Positions 47,180 to 61,148 are shown, numbered from the stretch's first letter. The stretch is 64,000 nucleotides of DNA from Amoebidium appalachense (GCA_963693365.1 CAVNZM010000010.1:806001-870000), one strand, 5' to 3'. Numbers and translations: made by a program. The notes: a model not told the origin generated them from the letters alone.

Positions 47180-48290
47180 TAGTGCACCATCGCACGCGTG
47201 ACCCCCCCCCCCCCCCCCCCCCCCCCCTCCCCCCCCCCCCCCCCCCCCCCCCCCGGGGGGTGTTTTTGCCGCGCGGTACCCCTGATATTGTAGGTGTACA
47301 CTGCCCCCACAACCCCAACTGTGTGCTGAATATCTCGTGCTAGGAAACCAAAACGCGAAAGTAACACATGCTGCATGATATATGATGTATATGGTACAAG
47401 GGGGGTTTCAATCCGGGCTAAAATGTTGTGTTTTTTTCGTGTGACCCTCGTACTCCAAAGGCACACTCACCATCATCCCCATAAACTTTGTGGTATATTT
47501 CTCGTGCCAGACGCTGTTCTGTGGGTAGTTATTGAAAAAACCAATAATGTGTAAGTAACGTATGTACATATACTATGCTACAAGGGGGGGTTCTATTCGA
47601 GCTACAACGTTGTGTTTTTTTCGTGTGACCCTCGTACTCCAGGGACACATTCACCATCCCCCCCACAAACTTTGTGGTAAATTTCTCGTTCTAGAGGCTG
47701 TTCTGTGGGTAGTTATTGAGAAACCAATAATGTCTAGGTAACATATGTACCGTGATATACGATGCTACAAGGGGGGTTCTATACGAGCTACAACGTTGTG
47801 TTTTTTTCGTGTGACCCTCGTACTCCAGGGGCACATTCCCCATCCCCCCCATAAACTGTGTGGTAAATTTCTCGTGCTAGAAGCTGTTCTGTGGGTAGTT
47901 ATTGAAAAAACCAAAAATGTCTAGGTAACATATGTACATATACTATGCTACAAGGGGGGTTCTATACGAGCTACAACGTTGTGTTTTTTTCGTGTGACCC
48001 TCGTAATGCAGGGGCACATTCACCATCCCCCCCATAAACGTTTTGGTAAATTTCTCGTGCTAGAGGCTGTTCTGTGGGTAGTTATTGAAAAAACCAATAA
48101 TGTCTAGGTAACACATGGACATATACTATGCTACAAGGGGGGTTCTATACGAGCTACAACGTTGTGTTTTTTTCGTGTGGCCCTCGTACTCCAGGGGCAC
48201 ATTCACCATCCCCCCTTATAATTTGTTGTGAATTTCTCGTGGTAGAAGCTACTCTGTGGGTAGTTATTGAAAAAACCCGATGCTTATAAG
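47180..48290 (-). repeat. Second, inverted copy of the 184-bp satellite (~5 units) plus shared unique 3' flank; possible Helitron-like element end
   Basis: 47390-48290 is the reverse complement of the 32-34 kb unit; 47285-47377 matches 34182-34275; the minus strand ends G-run...CACGCGTGCGATGGTGCACTAA|T. Confidence 0.85.
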
Positions 48291-48525
48291 TAACGCATCA
48301 TGCGGCACAAATTCCATAGCATTATACTACCATAGTAGTTGGTCGACAATAACGATATATTGGGAACGTGGACACCATATTGTAAACCAAAAAATAATAA
48401 CACCATAATATACTACACATACCTAACAATGTATTGTGAATGAATAAAATACTTGCTTACGTGCTGGTAACATACGAGAAACAAGGATTCTCTCGCTCTT
48501 TTTTTCTTTCTTTTTTGTTTGTTTT

Positions 48526-48612
<87 letters not shown>

Positions 48613-49022
48613 AGGGGGGGGGGGGGGGGGGGGGGACGTTTTGCAGATATATCAACTAGAGTCCCTCATCAGGGGACACATTCACAGTGCTTTATTAAGA
48701 TCGGCCTTCAAGGCCAAAAAAGCTCAATTTCGAGTAAGATTAGATAGCATTTTATGAGGCCGGCCAGGCCTTAAATACAAAAAGGAGAAAAAACAATACA
48801 CAGCTAAACATAGATCTATTATTAGCTTAAATCAATCGACACACTGGTACATTGCCTGGAGTAAACAGCATCAATTCCACTGGTACATGACTGAGTGTGT
48901 GCATGTCTGTATGTGTGTGTGTGTGTGTGTTTTGCGTGTGTGTGTGAGTGCATATGTGAGTGTGCATGTGCATGTGCATGTGCATGTGCATGTGTGTGTG
49001 TGCATGTGCATGTGTGTGTGTG

Positions 49023-49076
<54 letters not shown>

Positions 49077-49378
49077 TGTGAAGGAGGGAGGGAGGGACGG
49101 AGGGAGGGAGGGACGGAGGGAGGGAGGGAGGGATGGTTGGGAGGGAGGGAGGGAGGGGGGGAGGGAGGGAGGGAGGGAGGGAGGGATGGTTGGGAGGGAG
49201 GGAGGGAGGGGGGAGGGTGGGTGGGAAGGAGGGAGAGAAAGAGAGAGAGACAGTGTGTGTGTGTGCATATCTGTATGTGTGTGTGTGTGTGTGTGCGTGT
49301 TTGCGTGTGTGTGTGTATGTGCATATGTGAGTGTGCATGTGCATGTGTGTGTGTCTGTGTGTGCATATGTGCATGTGC

Positions 49379-49418
<40 letters not shown>

Positions 49419-49815
49419 AGTGTCTGTGTCTGATGTGTGGATGTCTGTGTATGTTGTGTGTGTGTGCATGTCTGTGTGTGTGTATGTGCTCAGTTAAAAG
49501 GGAAGGGGGGAGAGGGGGGATGCACCGTGTGTGTGCATGTGTGACGTCGTGTGTGTGTGTGTGCTCTGTGGAGAGGGAAGGGGAGGGGGGAAATGCACCG
49601 TGTGTGCATGTGTGTGTGTGTGTGTGTGTGTGTGTCTGTGTGTATGTGTGTGTGTGTGTTGTGTGTTTGTGTGTGTGTGCATGTCTGTGTGCGTCGTGTG
49701 TGCTGTGTGTGTGTGTGTGCATGTCTGTGCATGTGTGCATGTGCTCGGTGGAGAGGGAAGGGGAAGGGGGGGATTCGTGTCCGTGCATGTGTGCATGTGT
49801 GCATGTGTGTGTGTC

Positions 49816-49879
<64 letters not shown>

Positions 49880-50079
49880 ATGTGTGTGTGTATGTGCTCG
49901 GTTGAGAGGGGGGGGGGGGGGGGGGGGGGATGCACCGTGTGTGTGCATGTGTGCACGTGTGTGTGTGTGTGTGCTCTGTGGAGAGGGAATGGGAGGGGAG
50001 GAAATGCACCGTGTGTGTGCACATGTGTGTGTGTCTCTCTGTATGTGTGTGTGTGTGTGTTGTGTGTTTGTGTGTGTGT

Positions 50080-50152
<73 letters not shown>

Positions 50153-50277
50153 GGTGTGTGTGTGTGTCCCGGTGTGCCTGTGCGTGCGTGTGTGTGAGTG
50201 CATGTTTCTGCATTGTGTGCGAGCATGTGGATGCCTTGGTGAGAACAAGATTGGACGGTATCGAATGCTGTGTGTGT

Positions 50278-50314
<37 letters not shown>

Positions 50315-50454
50315 ATCAATGATAAGCCGGCCATGTGTTTATCATGGCACACCGGTAAATGAATGTGGCGATTATGTGTAAATATATAAACGGAAATACA
50401 TTATAAAAAAGGGCTCACTCAACGAGATGAACGAGCGTTACAGAACGTACGTGT

Positions 50455-50490
<36 letters not shown>

Positions 50491-50662
50491 ACCCAACCCC
50501 CCCTGTCTTCCTTCCTTCCCACTACGACCCCCCCCCCCCTGCACGTGTCTAGGTGTATAGATCCTACAGGTAACGATGGCAGAACTTTCGCCATTTGGTA
50601 ATGGACTCCGTGCCGCTCTAGTGCATTATATTGTAAAGTAATATCACCAATAAAAAACGCAG

Positions 50663-50871
50663 GTTCGGCAAAGCTGCGTACGAGTGCTTCAAGGACTCCA
50701 CCAAGAACGAACTCAAAACATCGAAATTCCATGCTGGTGTGCATTATTCTGACGACTATCGCCTCTTTGGCCCGGTGGAGTCAGCTGAGAGCTGGGAGCG
50801 TGCACACAAATACTACTGCAAGATGCCGTATCATATGACCAACAAGAACTCTGCATGCATTCATTTTGCAG
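50663..50871 (+). other. Isolated exon-like segment of unknown gene or transposon
   Basis: CGCAG| open frame FGKAAYECFKDSTKNELKTSKFHAGVHYSDDYRLFGPVESAESWERAHKYYCKMPYHMTNKNSACIHFA |GTGAGT; no partner exons identified. Confidence 0.4.
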
Positions 50872-51139
50872 GTGAGTACTAGTTCTTTAAATTATGGTGA
50901 ATTCTACGATATCCTGCGAGCATGTTTGTATGTCGTAGTCCACATGTCGACGATAATATGTATCGTCTTACGACCGTTTGTACCGTACGATATATCGTTT
51001 TACGACAGTAATATGGATGGTATTGTTACAGTCTTGGGGATGGCCCATGGATATACATAAGGCGTCTTATGGACTATGTTTGGACATCTTTATTACACCG
51101 TAGACATGTGAACCACAGAAAGGTGGATACTACAAGATG

Positions 51140-52887
51140 GATACATTTGCACGGTTGATAACGTGCAGGGGATTGATGGGGGCCCAACCAAACTTTGTAT
51201 TAGGCAGTGTCTCTGTGTGGGTGATGTAACAAAACCGGTCGGATTGTCCCCCCATTTCTATGGGAAAAGTTATTGACCGTTGTACGTCCATATTAGGCAA
51301 AACGCGCTGTAATACATAGGGAAAGGGGGGGGATTCAACGGTTAATAACGTGCAGGGGATTGATGGGGGCACAACCAAACTTTGCATGAGGGAGTGTCTC
51401 TGTGTGGGGGGTCTAACAAAACCGGTCGGACTGTCTCCCCATTTCTGTGGGGAAAGTTATTAACCGTTGTACATCCATATTAGGCAAAATGCGCTATAAT
51501 ACATAAGGAAAAGGGGAGGCCTCAACAGTTAATAACGTGCAGGGGATTGTTGGGAGCACAACCAAACTTTGCATTAAGCAGTTTCTCTGTGTGGGGGGTC
51601 TAATTATCCCTACTATAATCCCCTGCCGTTCCAGGCACCCACAAACTCTGCTAGTTGTTGTACCCCCGCAGCATCCGATTCGTTCTCTTATGTATTCTCT
51701 TTCAAGTATGCCAGCAATCCCACGAAACCCCCATAAAACCGTCATTGTTATATGTATCCAGAAGGCCGTGCCACCAGTTATTATTTACAATTTTACAAGA
51801 AAATTAATAACATCTATATTACACATATCTGTCTAATGATAGTGGTATCATATAGCTATACAGCAGCCCCTCCAGATGCTCAATTAAAATGTACACAGCC
51901 CGGGTTTTTTACTACTAGTGCTAATTTATGTGAGTTCAACATGGCCTGCCATGACCATCCTATCGATACGGTAAACCCATCCATCAGGCGGGGTTTCAGA
52001 CGTCAAATGACAGTCTTACGATGGGGCATCATAATATCATCTAACGATGTCGTAATTTGCAGGTGTTTACGACAAACATGGTGACTGTGTCGTGGACCTT
52101 CAAATGGATACTGTAAACCAATCCATAAGGCGGGTTTTCAGACGTCTATTGACAGTCTTACGTTGGGTGTCGCAAGAGCATGTTACGATATCGTACTCTG
52201 GGGGGGTTTACGACAACTAATGGTTGTCGAGGACGTTCATATGGATATTGTAAACCCATCCATTCGACGGTTGTTTCCGACGTCTTAAGACAGTCTTCCG
52301 AGGGGGTGCAGCAAGACCATCCTATGATGTCGTAATCCGGAGGTGTGCACGACATGTAAACCAATCCATTAGGCGGGTTTTCAGACGTCTATATATTGAC
52401 AGTCTTACGTTGGGTGTCGCAAGAGCATGTTACGATATCGTACTCTGGGGGGGTTTACGACAACTAATGGTTGTCGAGGACATTCATATGGATATTGTAA
52501 ACCCATCCATTCGACGGTTGTTTCCAACGTCTTAAGACAGTCTTCCGAGGGGGTGCGGCAAGACCATCTTATGATGTCGTAATCCGGAGGTGTGCACGAC
52601 ATACAGTGTACATCCAATGTATGGGGTTAGGAGTACCACAAAAGTTGTGGTTGCTGTAAACCCATCCATAGGTGTGGTTAGGGTTATACATTGGGCTGTC
52701 CAAATACTGTCGGTCATCCCTAAAGGGGTCGTAAACCAATCCGCCGACGGTCTACGATGTCGTCGACGGGTTTGGAGGTTTTTCCTTCATATAGCGTAAA
52801 CCCATCCATTAGACAGTCCTAAACCAGTGCCAACCCATCGACGAGGTCTTCGGTGGGGTTACGAGGGGGGGGGGGGAGATTGCTGAT
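51140..52887. mobile_element. Right arm of a subterminal-repeat-rich DNA element (EnSpm-like), truncated
   Basis: ~187-bp unit x3 (AACGTGCAGGGGATTG at ~51160, 51347, 51535), ~247-bp unit x2 (52113-52590), recurring GTAAACCCATCCAT/TACGAC motifs; ends in TTGCTGAT like the 37.87-kb TIR. Confidence 0.5.
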
Positions 52888-52889
52888 GT

Positions 52890-53804
52890 ATGAAGGAGCT
52901 TGTTGCCCACATCACGAAGTCTGCCGAGTGCAAGGTCGGTCTGCCAGACATCTTCCTCGGCACCCAGCTGCTGTACACCAATTACTCCCTCAAGCTGCTG
53001 CAGTCCTCCTACATCAAGGACATCATCACCGACTTCAACCTGGCCGATGCCAAGCCCAAGGCCACCCCCATCCACGTGGGCACCGTCATCATCAACGAGG
53101 CCTCCCTCTCCTCCCTGCCCACCACCATCCCCTACCGTGAACTCCTCGGCCGTCTGCTGTGGGTTGCTCGGTGCTCCCAACCTGACATCTCATATGCCAT
53201 TTGCTACCTCGGCCGTTTCAGCTCCAAGCCCACCAAGACTGCCTGGAAGCTTCTCCTCCGTGTCGTTCGTTACCTGATCGGCACCATCAACCTCGGCCTC
53301 TACTACAAGAAGAAGGCCCCCAACAGCAAGGTGCCCATCCTTGAGTGCTACTCGGATTCTGACTTTGCTGGCTGCCCCACCACCCGTCGTACCACGTCTG
53401 GGTACGTCATCCTCCTCGAGGGCACCCCCGTCACCTACCACTCCAAGCTGCAGTCGATCACTGCCACTACCACATGTGAGGCCGAGCTCCTGGCCCTCAA
53501 TGCTGCCGTGCAAGATGTTGCCTGGCACCGTGATCTACTCAAGGAACTGGGCTACCCCATGACCGAGCCCACCCCGGTGTACTGTGACAATCAGTCCACC
53601 ATTGCTCTGGTCCACTCCAACACCATCAAGCACCGGACCAAGCACATTGCCGTTCGTTACTTCAACACCAAAGACTACATCAACAGTGGGGACGTTACCG
53701 TCACCTACATCGACACCAAGAAGAACCTGCCCGACATCTTCACCAAGCCTCTGGCTGGTCCGGCCCACGAGACACACCGTGCCAACCTCAGTCTTCGTGA
53801 CTGA
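52890..53804 (+). CDS. Ty1/Copia pol fragment (RT C-terminus + RNase H), 5'-truncated
   Basis: PYRELLGRLLW, QPDISYAICYLGRF, LLRVVRYLIGT, YSDSDFAG..TTRRTTSGY, TTCEAELLA, VYCDNQSTI, HRTKHIAVRY, NLPDIFTKPL: canonical Copia RT/RNase H motifs. Confidence 0.95.
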   Translation: MKELVAHITKSAECKVGLPDIFLGTQLLYTNYSLKLLQSSYIKDIITDFNLADAKPKATPIHVGTVIINEASLSSLPTTIPYRELLGRLLWVARCSQPDISYAICYLGRFSSKPTKTAWKLLLRVVRYLIGTINLGLYYKKKAPNSKVPILECYSDSDFAGCPTTRRTTSGYVILLEGTPVTYHSKLQSITATTTCEAELLALNAAVQDVAWHRDLLKELGYPMTEPTPVYCDNQSTIALVHSNTIKHRTKHIAVRYFNTKDYINSGDVTVTYIDTKKNLPDIFTKPLAGPAHETHRANLSLRD

Positions 53805-54463
53805 AACCGTGCACTGGTGTCCATCATCTAGTGGTTTTTGAGTAGGTTGGGCCGGGGCCCTGGACAGCAGTTGACACATCTACGGTGATCAAGATGCCTC
53901 CCAACGAAAGTCTACTACTCCTCATCGTATCTCTTCATCAGTGGGGACTCTGTCTTCCATCGTTACGTGTGTGCATCTTCAGTGGGGATTATTCTCCACC
54001 ATCCGTCGTTTATTTATTTATATTCATATCCCACCATATATATTGGTTTGCTTCTATATGGTCTAAACCTAGTCCACGGGATGAACCTTCCCCGTGTCAT
54101 AACTGGTTGACTACAGTCTATAAATTACTACCCACAAGATGTTTATGCCTTGTGTTTATCTGGGTGGTCCCAGTATAAAACATTAGCCACCAACACGTCA
54201 CACATACACTAGTGTTTCTTTTATATATAGTATATATATATATATCGACGTTAGCCACCATGACTTCCTTCATGTTCCGAGTCTTCCGAGGCAACCGTCG
54301 TTGTGTGCTTCTTCCGTTTTGGTTTTCTCCTTCCCACCTCAAGGATCTTCGGTTTGCATCCTCGAGTGGGGAGACTTGTGTGTGACGGCCCCATGTGTTA
54401 GGACCTCATCTACCGTCACATCAACAGACACGAGAACACAAACTTCAACCCCTTGAGTGGGGA

Positions 54464-54585
54464 TGTTGGAATATGTCACTACGTAGGACAGCAAGAGTCT
54501 TGATGTATGTATGTGTCTTAGCTTTGTTTGTATTCGTGTCTGCTCTCCTTCTTTGTGCTCTCTCCCCTCTCTCCTTTTTCTCTTT

Positions 54586-54677
<92 letters not shown>

Positions 54678-55468
54678 CCCCCCCCCCCCCCCCGTATCTC
54701 TCTCTCCCTTGTTTCTGTGTGCACAGATATCTGTAGATCTGTGCACACCTGGCCCTCTTGCCTGATAGAACTTATTGTATTTTATCTGTGTTTGCTCTCC
54801 TCTGTTTATCTGAGAGGTAGCGTGATTGGCTAGCTACTATTCCTTTTTTTTTTTTTTTTGGTTCAAAGAGGTTTAGTTTTTAGTTCACAATAAGATGACT
54901 CACCAATAGTCGCGAGTGAGTACCGCTATAGATCGTGTTGTACATACCTGTCTATTAATATACGTGTTATGATTGGACACAATAGAGATGTATGGAATTC
55001 GGTTTATCTTAATGTGTCTTCACTTTGAGAGTGTCGACTATTAGGAAATGTATGTATCTAAATGAGTTTCTTTATAGAGACGAGTATAAACATATATGTG
55101 TGTTAATAGTGACAAGATGTATAATTAATTAAGTTATTTAAGTAAGAATTTCTAAGCTTCAGTTATGTCGGAAGTTGGAATGCGTATGCTCTGTCGGAAT
55201 GTGTTTTTCTATCATCTGATAGAACCGATTGGTTCTCCTCTTTTAGTTGAGATACGATGATAAGTTGCAAGTACAAAAAGACCCGAGAGCACAATAAAAG
55301 GTCAGTTGTTGTTTGAAATATTTCATGTGACGTGAACAACTCCAATTGCCCTCTCTTTATTGTGTTGGTCATGTTTTACACGACACCTCTGTGCACTCTG
55401 CTCTCTTAGACCCGTACAATCATGACACCTCTGTGCACTCTGCTCCCTTAGACCCGTACAAAACAACA
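54464..55468 (+). mobile_element. Copia 3' LTR (~1005 bp)
   Basis: PPT GAGTGGGGA immediately before TGTTG at 54464; ends CAACA at 55468, exactly where the foldback element's left arm begins; ~42-bp tandem duplication at 55382-55461. Confidence 0.75.
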
Positions 55469-55945
55469 GGCCCCGCTTCCACCTGGGCACATTTGAGGGG
55501 GCATGATAATAAAGAGTTGTTACCCTCAATAAAATGTTTGAAAGGCTTGACTTTGCAACGGATAATGCAGCTGCAGTGGGGAAAAGGGAGGGGGGTGGCC
55601 CGGTGGGGGGGGGGGGGGGGGGGGGGGGGAGGGGGGGGGGGAGGGGAGGGAGGGGAGCCCGGTTGGGGAGGGGGAGGGGAAGGGGGGACTTTGTAAAGCA
55701 ACGTGGGGCCCCGGGGGCCCCGCTCTCACATGGGCACTTGTGTTACTGGGGGGGAGGGGGGGGGGGGGGGGGGGGGGGGAAGGGCAATGCGGGCCCCGTG
55801 GGCCCCGCTTCCACATGGGCACCCGGGATGGAATTTAAGTGTAAGGCCTTGCCAACTTGCAAACTTTAATGGACGTCGACGATGTCGGAATCATGGGTCC
55901 ATGCCTTGGTTGAGATCCGCCGGGGGATGGGTGGGGGGAGGGGGG

Positions 55946-55982
<37 letters not shown>

Positions 55983-58900
55983 AAAAAATATGCGAAGCAA
56001 AAGCTGAAGTTCACTATGAAAGACTCGTTGTTGCAAAGTGTCAACGGTTGGCAACAAAGAAGGCAGGGCCAAAACATTATTCGGTGCGGTACCTCCTTCA
56101 CCACCATGCATGCTTTGCACCTTCTTTTACTTAGGCCTAGTTACTGTGGGCCATCCGCGCTTTCCATCAATCAGGTTACCAGAATGATGCGTCCTGGAAA
56201 TGTGATAGGCCTCGGCAAAATATTCCCTGTTCTTCGTGCTTTCTTTTTTCCTAGTCCTGCCAACGGAGGAACAAAGTTGTTTTAGGCGAATTTGTTGATT
56301 CTGATGATGTTCTGGGTTCTCTCCATGCGCAAGCAAAAGGACCGTCAGGGTTAGCAGTAGAAAAATTTGAGTGAATTTGTGTGGCAGTGGATAATAGTTC
56401 TTGCGTGAGCTATCTTGACTAACAAATGGATAACTTCGATATGGCTGAAAAAGTTGATGTGGTCGAGTTCGCCTTTTGAAAGAGCTTGGTGAAATTTGCC
56501 TGCTGCAAGTTCAAGCAGGTGGGGCATGCACTAGGGTGTTCATTTGTAAATAACAGTTGAGTACATTCTGCTATTTTATGTGCAAAGCACGGAAACAGGT
56601 GTGCTGAAGCGGGTGTCAGCCGTTTGAGGAACTGGTGTTCAGGGAAACAGAATCTGAGATTTTTGGGAACATGAACACAAAAACAGATGACATCATGGTT
56701 GTCGTATTATCGTTGCTTGGTGGAGGGCGAGGTGGCATGGTGGAACAGAACAATGCCGCAACAGGCAAACCAACTAACAAAAATACAGTGGACCGCACGA
56801 GTCCATGCCTTCATCGTTTCTGCGTTACCAAAAACCCTTGACAACCACGCCATGGCCATGCAAAAAGTGCTCTCGATGGAAAAGAATAAGTAACACGCGT
56901 AGGATCATACGGGTTTGCGGGGTGATTGTTCTTTACGTAGGTAACTTAGGCTGTTTAGTTGCGGCTGTACGTAGTAACCTTATACGTAGCTTATACACAG
57001 AATTTCGTTATACGGGGGGAACTTGATCAAGGGGGGTGGTGTATGGTATTCCGGACCAGCACTGGCCCGCTCTAAAGTGCTGCATGCAGGTACAAATTAA
57101 AACGTAAGTCATTTTAATGTAAGTAAAGAGTTCGGAGTTTTGTGGTTTTGATTGGTTCGTTCATCTGCCTTAATAAGAAACATTTGGCGCGGTTGCAAAT
57201 TAATGTGCTTGATAAAAAAGGTTACGGGAAATGTTGATAATTTCTAAAATTAGATACTAAAAAAGCTTTACAAATCGACCCAGTTTGGTGTAAAACCCAG
57301 GAGTCGCATGTATTAAAGATACCAGAACAACTTCGAAGAAGAGAAGGCGCCATGTTGCCGTAATATGATATTACGAATGAGCAAGTTGATTTTTCGGTTC
57401 ACGGCCACAAAAAAAAACGTTAAGCACGTTAGATTATTGGCTGTAAGCTAAATTAAGTAATAGTGAGATTGCGCAATTTTATTTGCTTTATCAGCTGCAG
57501 GACTCCTTTGTCTTAATGCTTGATATGATTGGCTGCAAGCGGCGAATAGTAGGAAAACATTAATGGAGGAGAGTAAAACGTTCTTTAAATTGTGGAGGTC
57601 GGTCGCATTCTTGAGCTCCCGGAAGGCGCGGAAACAGTATAGAATTTACTTTAGAAATCCCCTCTAAACTAAAGTATAAACTGTTTCCGTGCATCCCGGG
57701 AACTCAAGAATGCGACCGACGGACCTCCACACACAATTTAAAGAAAAGTTTACTCTCCTCCGTTAATGTTTTCATATTCGCCGCTTACAGCCAATCATAT
57801 CAAGCATTAAGACAAAATATTCCTGCAGCCGATAAAGCAAATAGAATTGCGCAATTTCACTATTAGCTTACAGCCAATTATCTAACCCGTTTAATGTTTT
57901 GTTTCTAAGCTGCGAACCGAAAATCAACTTGCACATTCATATTACGTCAACATGGCGCCTTCCCTTTTTCGAAGTTGATCTGGTGTCTTTAATACACGCG
58001 ACTCCAGGGTTTTACATCAAACTGGGTCGATTTGTAAAGCTTTTTTGGTCTCTACTTTTAGAAATTTTTTAAAATTTTCCGTAACCTTAAATCAAGCACA
58101 TTAATTTGCAATCGCGCCGGCGCGCCAGATGTTTCTTACTTAATCAGATGAACAAACCAATCAAATCCACAAAACCCCGAACCATTTACTAACATAAAAA
58201 GGAACTACGTTTTAGTTTGCACTTGCATGCAGCACTATAATGCGGGCCAGTGCTGGACCGAATACCATACACCACCCCCCCTGGATCACGTTCCACCCGT
58301 ATAACCTGACATTATGTATAAGTTACGTATAACTTTACCATCCACAACCGCAACTAAACAGCATAAGTTACCTACGGAAAAAACAGTCATCCGCCAACAC
58401 GCGTGTTACTTATTCTCTTCCATCGCGACTCTCTTTGCGCGCGCCCTTCAAGTGGTTGTCAGTTTTTTCACTGCCAAGTTTGGAGGGAAAAAAAGCTTTT
58501 GCGCAGTAAGGGATCGGCGTGGACTCGTGCGGTCCACTGTATTTTTGTTTTGGTTTGTCTGTTACGGCATTGTCTGTTCCACCATGCCAACTCGCCCTCC
58601 ACCAAACAATGAACTTCACAACCATGATGTTAACTATTTTTGTGTCCATGGTTGTGAAATTTATTGTTTGATGTTAACTATTTTTGTGTCCATGTTCCCA
58701 AAAACCTCCGGTTCCGTTTCCCTGAACACCAGTTCCCTCAAACGGCTGACGCCCGCTCCAGCACACCTGTTTCCGTTCTTTGCGCGTAATATAGCAGAAT
58801 GTACTCAAATGTTACTTACAAATGAGCCCCCTGTACATGCCCCACCTGCTGGAACTTGCAGCAGGCGAAATTCACCAAGCTCTTGCAAACTTTGAGGCGA

Positions 58901-59582
58901 ACTCGACCACATCAACCTTTTTAGAGTCATACCGATGTTGTCCATTTGTTATAATTAGCAGAAACTGAGTCAAAATAGCTCACGCAAGAACTATTATCCA
59001 TTGCCACACAAATTCACACACACATTTTGCTACTGCTGACCCTGGCGGCCATTTTGCTTACACAGAGAGCGAACCCAGAAAAGTAAAAGAATCAACAATT
59101 TCACCCAAAACGCCTTTGTTCCTCCGTTGGCAGAACCAGAAAAAAAAAAATCATGAAGAACAGGGAATGCTTTGCCGATGCCTATCACATTTCCAGCTGC
59201 ATCATTTTGGTCACCTGATCGATGGAAACCCATGCGCAGATGGCAACTAAGCTTAAGAACAAGGTGAAATGCATGCATTGTGGAGGAGGCGGTATGATGT
59301 ATCTGTAAACAGTTGGACTAGTTAGGATAAGGCAGAGTACAACTGAATCCAAAAAAGGACAGAGAACGGGTAGAAAGGCACACGCGGCCAGGTTGCTTTT
59401 ACTATGGGCCGACTCAGTCTGTCCCAGACTGAAGTGAACCCCCGTACTGGGACGGCTTTCTTATATAGCCCCCAGGTTTCGGATCAAGGCCCAGGATTGG
59501 TTCATCCGCGGCCAGCGCGGGTGGCAAGTGGCAACATGCCATTCGTGATTATGGTGCGGTCCGAGCCAGTCAGACCTTTGTC

Positions 59583-61148
59583 TGTGACATAGAATACCGA
59601 CCACCCCTAGCAACTCTATATGTGAAGAACCCCCACGAAACGTAGAGCCCCCCCGTCACAATAAAGATGGCAGTATAAAAGGGGGGGCGGAGCAAGGAGC
59701 TCTCCTTCTTTTTCCTTCACACAAACACAAACCAAACTCGTGTCCCCGGTGTCGAGGCCATCCCGTTCATTACGTTGTTACATGGTAACAGGGTAGGAAG
59801 GTCTCCCTCTGTGGTGCCCAGTACGCTTCCCACGTTTTTTGCAGGGAGCCCGCACGGTGAGACCATCAAACACACAGATTCACGCGGATTCAAACTGGAT
59901 GGCCCGCTACAACACCACATTCCACATATCAACTTGACCGCGTGACCAAGGCCTCACGTCTACCCACACACGACGAAGCAATCAAAAGATAGCCCAAAAT
60001 AGAGATATACTTCATAGTTTACATGGACCACATCGGATTGCTAGGATAACCATCGGATAAACAACGGCCCGGGATTCCCCCCGACCTACGAAAATTTTTC
60101 GTCAACATGGCAGCTGCACCTCAAGCTATCACCGACTCGTCGACAACGCTGCGGGCTATGCAGCTAGCTAGCACAGGCCCCACCCGTAGCACTCCCGAAG
60201 TACGAAACGAGCCAGAATGCCGCTCCCACAGTGTCTAGGCACCACCGCCACCCCATTGTTCCACAGCACCATTCAACCACGCTTGCTGCAGGGACACTAC
60301 AACAACAACTGGCCCTGTTGAAACAAGACTTCCTCGACTTTTTCCACCGTGACGACCTTATCCGTCAAAAACAGTATAAGTCGGCCTTTAAGGGCTTCAA
60401 GTACGACCCCACGATCGACAACCCCAGACATGGACACAGGCGTTCGAGCTGGCAGCCCACGCGGTGGACGTCAACATGAACGACGGCAAAAAGCTCAAAC
60501 ACGGGCGCCGGCTGTTCAGCGAAGCCGGCACCGACTGCGCCAACTTTGCCCTGCTGTGGCAGACATGGGCACAAGCACGTTCGATGCTTCTCAACCCGGA
60601 GCTGACCGCACACCTCCCGGGCGTGGGCAATGCGTTCGCCCGTCCCACCGGCGCCGCACCGGCACTGTTTAACGTCAACACTAACCCAACCTCCAACCCT
60701 ACCACCCACCCCCACTACCCTCCTCCCACCAACCCGACCTACGACCCCCCTCAAACCAACCCCTACCATCCCCTTCCCCCCGAACCGGACCCCAACAGCA
60801 TGCCCCCCTTCCCCTACCAGACCTACCCTCACTTCCCCCAGTACCCCGCCTACCCCCCCATTTTCAACGTCCAAACCCCTCTCCTTCCCCCCCCCCAACC
60901 AGGCCCACCCTACCCGAGCGCCTGGAGGTCGCCCCCCCTTGCAGCATCTGTCTTGGGCGCGGCCAGACTAAGAGGGCCGAAACACACGTTGACGCCAACC
61001 ACTACGACTGCGAGTGGTGCCACACTCAGCACAGCCGCAACTATGCTGGGTGTCCGGGACACCCCGACCCCGACCCCAAACGTTGGCCGGTTGTGCGCCA
61101 CACGACAACCCGCGAAAACCCGGCCATCCCGTTCATTACGTTGTTACA
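59583..61148 (+). mobile_element. Deleted LTR retrotransposon: 200-bp 5' LTR, PBS, gag-like ORF, 27-bp 3' LTR remnant; 4-bp TSD TGTC
   Basis: LTR TGTGACA...GTATAAAA...TGTTACA 59583-59782 followed by TGGTAACAG; LTR end GGCCATCCCGTTCATTACGTTGTTACA repeated at 61122-61148; frameshifted Pro-rich ORF (~60230-61120) with CSIC..H..H.CEWC..H..C motif. Confidence 0.8.

Noticed and set aside
32271-48290. Inverted satellite arrays as the two ends of one composite transposon carrying the EEP gene
   Set aside because: The left array is nested inside two TIR elements whose right ends (37883, 39008) fall between the arrays; independent insertions are more parsimonious.
58314-58895. 193-aa ORF within the palindrome
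   Set aside because: No recognisable motifs and not preserved in the opposite arm.
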